DNA of 13,399 nucleotides from a virus (Duplodnaviria; Heunggongvirae; Uroviricota; Caudoviricetes): IMG/VR virus record IMGVR_UViG_2667527582_000004; one strand, 5' to 3'. Shown piece by piece: positions 8,154 to 13,399 of this stretch (position 1 is its first letter; each line of letters starts with the position of its first letter). The notes under the pieces were generated by a model. It saw only the letters and a program-made list of their open reading frames with translations, ran no database searches and was not told where the DNA came from. The position numbers and the translations under genes were made by a program.

Positions 8154-8375
8154 CATCTACCCCATCTACCTGAACAAAATAAACGCATATTATTCAACAT
8201 GATAAGTGGGTATAGGGCTAGGTAGAAGGCTAATAAAAGCTCTCTACCTCTTCTACCTGATTTTATCAGTTTCAGGTAGCAGGGTAGACGGCAGGTAGAG
8301 GAGTCAAAAAGCTATCTACCCGCTGAAAGCCGCGCCATTACTGACATGATGAGCATTCGGGTAGATGGGTAGAGG
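8154..8375. repeat. iteron array, probable replication origin of the satellite
   Basis: At least 11 copies of the core TCTACC / GGTAGA in both orientations (for example CATCTACC at 8154-8161 and 8163-8170, GGTAGAAGG at 8221-8229, TCTACC at 8243-8248, 8252-8257 and 8315-8320, GGTAG runs at 8275-8301 and 8360-8375), with AT-rich stretches between them; located directly 3' of the primase-helicase gene. Confidence 0.7.
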
Positions 8376-8424
8376 GGGGGAGGCACAACTAAAAACTTTT
8401 TAAACGAGGGGGGGGTGAAAATAA

Positions 8425-8739
8425 ATGCGCATACATAAAAATCACTTAATAAACATGCCAGCCGAAAACATGAATCAGGGGCGACAAATGACCAAAATTC
8501 GCAGAGACAGAACACAGGCAAAATATAAAGCGTTAGACATGACAGAGCTTTCCTTAAAGGTGGCAATCAAAGCGATAGACCACCACACACGGGCAGGATA
8601 CGCGAAGGAACATCCCGACCTGATAAGCGCATTCATGACCACAGCAGCGGCAAACTTTGCCACGCTGACAGAACGGGAGATTGCCGAAGCGGAACAGGTG
8701 ACAACCATCAATGTTAAAACCGGAGAGCAGACAGCATGA
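8425..8739 (+). CDS. hypothetical protein (start uncertain: 8425, 8455, 8470 or 8488)
   Basis: 104-aa ORF ending in an ATGA overlap with the SSB start; several in-frame ATGs; AGGGG precedes the ATG at 8488; no family recognised. Confidence 0.45.
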   Translation: MRIHKNHLINMPAENMNQGRQMTKIRRDRTQAKYKALDMTELSLKVAIKAIDHHTRAGYAKEHPDLISAFMTTAAANFATLTEREIAEAEQVTTINVKTGEQTA

Positions 8740-9185
8740 CAGCACAGATAGCGGCTTACGGGCGGCTGGTGGCTGACCCGCAGTTAAAGACCACCAGCAA
8801 AGGGACACAAATGGCGATGGCGAGTATGGCGGTTCCCCTGCCGTGCAGCCAGGCAGATGACGGAACGGCGACGATGTGGTTATCCGTCCTGGCGTTTGGC
8901 AGACAGGCCGACGCACTGGCAAAACACCACAAAGGCGAACTGGTGAGCGTGGCGGGTAACATGCAGGTAAGCCAGTGGACAGGCCAGAACGGCGAAACGC
9001 GGCGGGGCTGGCAGGTTATCGCAGACAGCGTAATCAGTGCGCGAACGGCGCGACCGGGCGGCAAAAAAGGCCAACAGGGGCAGGCTACTGACGAACTGAA
9101 CAGAGCAAAACAACAGGCAGATCAGCAAGGAAGCCAGCCACCAGTGGGAGATAATGAGCAATGGGGAGATGATATCCCGTTTTAA
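8736..9185 (+). CDS. ssb: single-stranded DNA-binding protein (SSB)
   Basis: 149 aa; OB-fold-like N-terminus; Gly/Gln-rich linker; C-terminal acidic tip ...WGDDIPF matching the conserved SSB tail DDDIPF. Confidence 0.85.
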   Translation: MTAQIAAYGRLVADPQLKTTSKGTQMAMASMAVPLPCSQADDGTATMWLSVLAFGRQADALAKHHKGELVSVAGNMQVSQWTGQNGETRRGWQVIADSVISARTARPGGKKGQQGQATDELNRAKQQADQQGSQPPVGDNEQWGDDIPF

Positions 9186-9203
9186 ATATTGCCAATAAAA
9201 AAG

Positions 9204-9227
9204 GCCGGAAAAAATAAATTTTCCGGC
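9204..9227 (-). terminator. hairpin with terminator polarity on the minus strand (possibly bidirectional)
   Basis: GCCGGAAAA / TTTTCCGGC 9-bp stem with loop AATAAA; the U-tract is on the minus-strand side (plus-strand A-run 9196-9201); no U-tract follows it on the plus strand. Confidence 0.4.
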
Positions 9228-9401
9228 ATGCTACATAAATCCCGACCAAAGGGAGTGAAGATATTAACACTAATTGTCCGCACTGAAGTTGTCACCCCAA
9301 AACTTTATACAACATTGCACTCGGTTGCATGTGTTCGCATGACAAATATCGGTGGTAGCATATATCCACAATTATTTTTAATGAATGCAAAGAGGATGCG
9401 T

Positions 9402-10442
9402 ATGGTTGATTTATATTCGCCTACTCAGCTTGTACAGGTGGTTAATGCTGTAGATGTACAAAAACAACTAAATGCGTTGTTTACCAGTTTGTTTTTTACT
9501 CGCTCGGTAATGTTTGAATCGCGCGATATTATTCTTGATACAATCGACGATCCAAATATCCCAATTGCAGCGTTTTGTTCTCCTATGGTGGGTAGTAAAG
9601 TTTCACGTGACGAAGGGTACGAATCAAAAACAATTCGTCCAGGCTATATGAAGCCGAAAAGCAGCATTGATCCAAATAAGTTAGCTGTGCGCCCTGCTGG
9701 TGTATCACCTGAGCAATACAATGCTTTTGGGGCACGTAATATTAAAGTTAAACAGGCGATTGTAAATCAGGCTAAAGCTATTCGTGCACGTATTGAATGG
9801 CTTGCTGTTCAGGCAATCACAACGGGGAAAAATATCATTGAGGGCGATGGTATTGAACGTTATGAGCTGGACTGGAATATAAAACCACAAAATATCATCA
9901 CTCAGTCTGGCGGTACTGAGTGGTCAGGTAAGGATAAAGAAACTTTTGATCCAAATGATGATATTGAGAGCTACGCAGAATTTAGTGAGGGCGTCACTAA
10001 TATCATCATTATGGGTGGTAATGTATGGAAGAAATACCGTTCATTCAGAGCGATAAAAGAGGCTTTGGATACCCGTCGTGGTTCTAATTCCGAACTGGAA
10101 ACGGCCCTTAAAGACCTTGGTGATTCGGTGAGTTTTAAAGGGTATATGGGCGATGTTGCGATTGTTGTTTACAGCGGGCGTTATACCGACGAGGACGGAA
10201 CAGAAAAACATTTCCTTGATCCTGATTTGATGGTGCTTGGCAATACGGCTCTTCAGGGGATTGTCGCCTATGGCGGTATTCAGGATCCGGAGCTAATCCG
10301 AATGGGGCTGACTAAAGCCGAACTTGCACCGAAAAACTATATTGTGCCTGGTGATCCGGCTATTGAATATGTGCAGACACATTCAGCACCACAGCCAATA
10401 CCGGCCCGCATCAATCGTTTTGTTACCGTTCGCATTGGCTAA
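9402..10442 (+). CDS. major capsid protein, lambda gpE-like
   Basis: Motifs shared with lambda gpE as I recall it: NIITQSGGTEWS, DTRRGSNSELETA, GDVAIVVYSG, MVLGNT. Start chosen at ATG 9402 (RBS AGAGGA, 5-nt spacer), which aligns with the gpE N-terminus; the track ORF starts earlier at 9189. Confidence 0.88.
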   Translation: MVDLYSPTQLVQVVNAVDVQKQLNALFTSLFFTRSVMFESRDIILDTIDDPNIPIAAFCSPMVGSKVSRDEGYESKTIRPGYMKPKSSIDPNKLAVRPAGVSPEQYNAFGARNIKVKQAIVNQAKAIRARIEWLAVQAITTGKNIIEGDGIERYELDWNIKPQNIITQSGGTEWSGKDKETFDPNDDIESYAEFSEGVTNIIIMGGNVWKKYRSFRAIKEALDTRRGSNSELETALKDLGDSVSFKGYMGDVAIVVYSGRYTDEDGTEKHFLDPDLMVLGNTALQGIVAYGGIQDPELIRMGLTKAELAPKNYIVPGDPAIEYVQTHSAPQPIPARINRFVTVRIG

Positions 10443-10451
10443 GGGGGAGCA

Positions 10452-10793
10452 ATGGCTACTCATTACACTGAACTCATGGCTGGCACTGAAGCACTGGTGA
10501 CTACGCTGGGGATATTTTCAGCTAATAAAGGGGTAATTCCTGCATTTACGCCACTGATGCAGGAAGATGCAACAGGTGCACTGGTGGTATGGGATGGTTC
10601 GAGCGTAGGTAAAGCGGTTTATGTTTCCGCTGTACAAATCGACACAGCGAAAAAAACACAGGCACAGGTTTATAAGACAGGTGTTTTAAATGTTGATGCT
10701 CTGAACTGGCCTGAGTCTGTAAAAGAACTGTCGGCAAAGGTTGCCGCGTTTGTTGGCTCAGGTATTTCTGTTCAGCCGCTGGCTCGTGTGTAA
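10452..10793 (+). CDS. head decoration protein, lambda gpD-like
   Basis: 113 aa, the same size class as gpD; shares the pattern TPLM...WDG...YK(T/S)G...WPE...AF.G..IS with lambda gpD; RBS AAGGGGGAG. Confidence 0.78.
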   Translation: MATHYTELMAGTEALVTTLGIFSANKGVIPAFTPLMQEDATGALVVWDGSSVGKAVYVSAVQIDTAKKTQAQVYKTGVLNVDALNWPESVKELSAKVAAFVGSGISVQPLARV

Positions 10794-10804
10794 AGGGGGA
10801 TACA

Positions 10805-11188
10805 ATGCAGAATCATTACAATGACCTTAAGCCAATTGCCGAAATGATGTATCCGGATCCAGCAGTAGAGGAATTAAAGGCTATTGCTGACAAAATGCGT
10901 TTAAGTGAACGCCTTGTTGATATGAATCAGGTGATGGAACTTACTACCCTTAGCCGTCGCACATTGCTAAACCTTGAGGCTAGTGGAGAGTTCCCGGAGC
11001 GTGTGCAGGTTACGGAAGGGCGTAAGGCCTGGTATTTAAGTGAAGTGATCGACTGGATAAACAATATTCCTCGATCTTCTGAATATTGCCGCGTACCTGT
11101 CCCAAAAAAGCCAGATGCGGCGCTATGCCTCAAGATTGAGCGTGTACGTCGCAATGCACGGGATGGTCGCTATAAGTTGATTGGTTGA
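10805..11188 (+). CDS. AlpA-family HTH protein with N-terminal extension (candidate late regulator)
   Basis: 127 aa; core LVDMNQVMELTTLSRRTLLNLEASGEFPERVQVTEGRKAWYLSEVIDWI has the AlpA-type HTH signature; RBS AAGGGGGA. Confidence 0.78.
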   Translation: MQNHYNDLKPIAEMMYPDPAVEELKAIADKMRLSERLVDMNQVMELTTLSRRTLLNLEASGEFPERVQVTEGRKAWYLSEVIDWINNIPRSSEYCRVPVPKKPDAALCLKIERVRRNARDGRYKLIG

Positions 11189-11212
11189 TGAAATTAGGGC
11201 CCGTTCTGGCTG

Positions 11213-11280
11213 GCGGGTCCTTTCCGGCGATCCGGTAGGCTACGGGGCGGCGACCTCGCGGGTTTTCGCTATTTATGAGC
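11213..11280. other. cos site, lambda-type (cosN cohesive-end sequence at 11245-11256)
   Basis: GGGCGGCGACCTCGCGGGTTTTCGCTATTTATGA (11245-11278) matches the phage lambda left end (12-nt cohesive end GGGCGGCGACCT); the upstream GGGTCCTTTCCGGCGATCCGGTAGGCTACG closely resembles the lambda right end. Sequence diverges from lambda immediately downstream, where cosB would lie. Confidence 0.85.
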
Positions 11281-11389
11281 CTTTTTCGGGTGCTGGTGGT
11301 GGTTTTGTTGTTCGCTCTATCTCTATGAATAAAAAGGAAAAGATAAAGCCAATACACCAACCTGAAACATTACTTAAGTGGGGATATTG

Positions 11390-11860
11390 ATGAAATCGCA
11401 CCTGATGAACAAAAAAAACATGGCGCAAAGCTGCCGTGTAAGTGCGACAGCGTTCGACAAGTGGGGAGTGACTCCCGTTGAACGTAAAGGCCGCGAGGCG
11501 TTTTATGATGTTGCCAGCGTAATAGACAATCGGGTTAGCAATGCAATTAACCAGATTACAGACGACAAAGGCGAGATTGATGATGATGAACTCCTACGAG
11601 TCAGGATCAGATTGCTGACAGCACAGGCAGAGGCGCAGGAGCTTAAAAACGAGCGCGAACGCGGCGACGTTATTGATACAGCGTTTTGTATATACGTGCT
11701 TTCAAAATTGGCGAGTCAGATTTCTTCAATCATGGACAGCCTGCCGCTTGCCATGACAAGGAAGTTTCCCGACATGAAGCCGTCTATGCTGGATGGACTG
11801 AAAAAGAAGTTATCAGAGCCTGTAACGCATGCGCAAAACTTGACGAAAACATACCGCTGA
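11390..11860 (+). CDS. terminase small subunit, lambda Nu1-like; C-terminal region frame-shifted relative to lambda (possibly truncated or a pseudogene)
   Basis: N-terminal two-thirds align with lambda Nu1 (LTAQAEAQELKNERERGDVIDTAFCIYVLSKLASQISSIMDSLPLAMTRKFPDM versus lambda LTRAQADAQELKNARDSAEVVETAFCTFVLSRIAGEIASILDGLPLSVQRRFPEL). After FPDM the Nu1-like C-terminus (SRHEAVY...LDENIPLMLSDYLMETAG) continues in the -1 frame (track ORF 11686..11931), while the in-frame reading ends at 11860 with an unrelated tail. Start 11390 chosen for RBS GGGGA. Confidence 0.8.
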   Translation: MKSHLMNKKNMAQSCRVSATAFDKWGVTPVERKGREAFYDVASVIDNRVSNAINQITDDKGEIDDDELLRVRIRLLTAQAEAQELKNERERGDVIDTAFCIYVLSKLASQISSIMDSLPLAMTRKFPDMKPSMLDGLKKKLSEPVTHAQNLTKTYR

Positions 11861-11942
11861 TGCTGTCCGATTATCTGATGGAAACTGCCGGAAACGTACC
11901 GGATAAGTTGCAGCCGAATAAAGATAAGTAACGTAGTACGCT

Positions 11943-12224
11943 ATGACTGAATCCGAAATACTGCGATTAATCCGCCGTGCTTGTGGAATCAGCAAGCAGC
12001 ATGACGAACAGGCCACGCAGCCGGACAGCGTGACCGCAGATAATTATGTGCGTGTAGTGGCTGAGGTGATGCGCCGTGACGGTATTGAGCTTAACGGCGT
12101 GGATATGCGCAACATACGAACAAGAGTCCTTGAGTTGCTGGCATATCGTCGCCGTTCTCAACAACGGAGGGAGAGCGCGAAAAATACTTACCAGTGGAAG
12201 AAGCCGGAACGATTGCGGCGGTAA
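11943..12224 (+). CDS. hypothetical protein (93 aa), basic C-terminus
   Basis: ORF begins 12 nt after the -1-frame Nu1-like stop; weak RBS; no family recognised; it sits where lambda would carry gene A. Confidence 0.4.
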   Translation: MTESEILRLIRRACGISKQHDEQATQPDSVTADNYVRVVAEVMRRDGIELNGVDMRNIRTRVLELLAYRRRSQQRRESAKNTYQWKKPERLRR

Positions 12225-12472
12225 CTTGCTGATATTCCCGATAACGCAAAATTGCGCTGGCTGACTTGTTGCATTGCAAAAAGTTAAGCAGGAAGGCACG
12301 GCCTGTAAGATGGGATGCAGTAAGTAGTTCAAGGCTACCTTGTGCTGGCACGCACAGTTAAGCCGTCGGTGCTGGATATCCCCCACTGGGGGAAAAGCTG
12401 GCTACATCCCTCACATCTGAGGACTGATAACGCGACATTGCGCTGGCTGGCAAAGTGCAAAATTGCACGATG

Positions 12473-12607
12473 GCCTAACCCATTGATTATTTCGAAAACC
12501 TGCAATGCAGGAAATCGGGGAAGTAAGCCTAAGCTATTGATTGTTTCGAAAACCCCCATTGGGGGATGTCGGGAAAGTAAGACTAACCCATTGATTCTTC
12601 CACAATC
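12473..12607. repeat. 2.5 copies of a 54-bp tandem repeat (27-bp conserved half plus 27-bp palindrome-bearing half)
   Basis: Conserved halves GCCTAACCCATTGATTATTTCGAAAAC (12473-12499), GCCTAAGCTATTGATTGTTTCGAAAAC (12527-12553), GACTAACCCATTGATTCTTCCACAATC (12581-12607); the intervening halves carry CTGCAATGCAG and CCCCCATTGGGGG and share the tail TCGGGRAAGTAA. Confidence 0.65.
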
Positions 12608-12937
12608 CTCAATTTGAGGAGGCCGGAACGTCTACATAGCTGCATCGCCGTAATGATGATTCAGCCCACCAGCCAAATCAGCACAGCAACGACAGAATAG
12701 CCCGACACAGAAAAACCACGAATATGGGGTTTTTGTTATGACATGGTCATGATGACCACTCATACAAAACAGGTAAAGCCCACCAGCCTGATTAAAGGTT
12801 AACCGGAAAAAAGCCAGGTATCCAATCTCGATATGGGGATCCCTATATCGACATTAACGCCCACTAAAACTGTGCATATATGCATAGAAAAAGCATCCAC
12901 CAGCTTTATGACGGATGCCGCTCATCTTATAAATAAT

Positions 12938-12961
12938 CGTGTATTGCAGTGTGTATTGCGA
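12938..12961. repeat. two tandem variant copies of the TGTGTATTGCAA 12-mer (candidate arm-type sites at the other end of the element)
   Basis: CGTGTATTGCAG (12938-12949) and TGTGTATTGCGA (12950-12961), in the same orientation as the three copies at 2246-2300. Confidence 0.5.
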
Positions 12962-13039
12962 CTCCTTTAAACGATAGGTCTGAGCATTCGTAATGTACTG
13001 TTTTTAAATTTTATTTTTTCCTGTCTTTTCATAAAGGCG

Positions 13040-13265
13040 ATGTATGCCGCCACCATTGAGAGTGAGCTGGATACGCAGTCAGCGATGGATTTTATTCTGG
13101 GCGCGAACAGTCAGGAGCAGCGGGAAAGGCTGACCGGCTGGATTGGTGAAATTGCCGCGTATTACGCCGCAGCGCCGGTCCGGCTGGGAGGCGCAAAAGT
13201 ACCGCACCTGATGCCGGGGGACTCACTGAACCTGCAGACGGCTCAGGACACGGATAACGGCTACT
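13040..13265 (+). CDS. hypothetical protein, 3'-truncated by N-run
   Basis: ATG at 13040 with RBS AAAGG; 75 codons of protein-like composition (MYAATIESELDTQSAMDFILGANSQEQRERLTGWIGEIAAYYAAAPVRLGG...) running into the N-run; no family recognised. Confidence 0.4.
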
Positions 13266-13275
13266 NNNNNNNNNN
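13266..13275. other. run of 10 N (sequence gap, probable contig join)
   Basis: Ten consecutive n separating an unrelated plus-strand ORF from a minus-strand gad gene fragment. Confidence 0.9.
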
Positions 13276-13398
13276 TAGGTCGATGGCTGCGGATTGCGGA
13301 TATTCTTCTTTGTCGATCCAGTTTTTGTTAATGGATAAATCCATCAATTTGTGGACATTTTCGTCGTCCCAAGTCTGGCAGAAAGTGGCCAGGTTCTG
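13276..13398 (-). CDS. gadA/gadB: glutamate decarboxylase, internal fragment (gadA or gadB; paralogs not distinguishable here)
   Basis: The reverse complement translates to [41 protein letters not shown], matching an N-terminal region of E. coli GadA/GadB as I recall it; truncated at both ends by the gap and the window edge. Confidence 0.85.
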
Positions 13399-13399
13399 A

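Larger units (their letters stand above)
2118..13265 (+). mobile_element. phage satellite / phage-inducible chromosomal island (PICI-like), integrated or as a separate contig
   Basis: Gene content and order: P4-type integrase, AlpA, primase-helicase, iterons, SSB, capsid and decoration homologs, cos, Nu1-like TerS. No large terminase, portal, protease, tail or lysis genes. Shared tandem 12-mers near both ends. Mosaic GC content. Confidence 0.75.

Noticed and set aside
9270-9400. P2 Ogr / P4 Delta-type late promoter (TGT-N12-ACA dyad) upstream of the capsid gene
   Set aside because: I scanned the region for TGT-N12-ACA and found no match.
9189-9401. N-terminal extension of the capsid ORF starting at 9189
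   Set aside because: Homology to lambda gpE begins at the ATG at 9402, which has a good RBS; the upstream 71 codons cover the terminator-like hairpin and the intergenic region.
11181-11390. 69-aa plus-strand ORF
   Set aside because: Spans the cos site (cosN at 11245-11256), which is a conserved non-coding cis element; glycine-rich translation; no RBS.
12473-12607. Possible CRISPR array (27-bp repeats alternating with 27-bp segments)
   Set aside because: Only three repeat copies, the third diverging; the spacer-like segments share a common tail (TCGGGRAAGTAA) and carry palindromes, so they are part of a longer 54-bp tandem unit rather than independent spacers; no cas genes or leader.
11967-12617. 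Overlapping ORFs 11967..12386 (-), 12076..12264 (+), 12091..12351 (-), 12335..12559 (-), 12342..12617 (+)
   Set aside because: Mutually overlapping, no RBSs seen, and they run through repeats and palindromes; more consistent with structured non-coding DNA.
12225-13040. Retron msr/msd RNA or type III toxin-antitoxin repeat array
   Set aside because: No reverse transcriptase or toxin gene follows; the repeat period (54 bp) and copy number (2.5) do not fit ToxI-like arrays; left as unclassified structured DNA.

Overview
The window is three segments separated by two 10-N runs (2108-2117, 13266-13275). Segment 1 (1-2107) is an Escherichia-type chromosomal locus: complete asnB, its terminator, a stringent-type stable-RNA promoter and tRNA-Met(CAU), cut off by the first N-run before its 3' acceptor end. 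Segment 2 (2118-13265, about 11.1 kb) is a compact, helper-dependent phage-satellite / PICI-like element: P4-type tyrosine integrase, AlpA-family regulator, Bro-N protein, a divergent regulatory switch (RHH-like gene plus palindromic operator), a translationally coupled string of small unknown ORFs, a P4-alpha-type primase-helicase followed by an iteron array, an SSB, homologs of lambda major capsid gpE and decoration protein gpD, a second AlpA-like protein, a lambda-type cos site, and a Nu1-like small terminase subunit whose C-terminus is frame-shifted. Large terminase, portal, protease and tail genes are absent. The element ends in about 800 bp of repeat- and palindrome-dense non-coding DNA. 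Segment 3 (13276-13399) is an internal fragment of a glutamate decarboxylase gene (gadA/gadB) on the minus strand, unrelated to the asnB locus, so the N-runs are probably contig joins and adjacency across them is unproven. All calls come from reading the sequence and recalled protein families; no database search was run.
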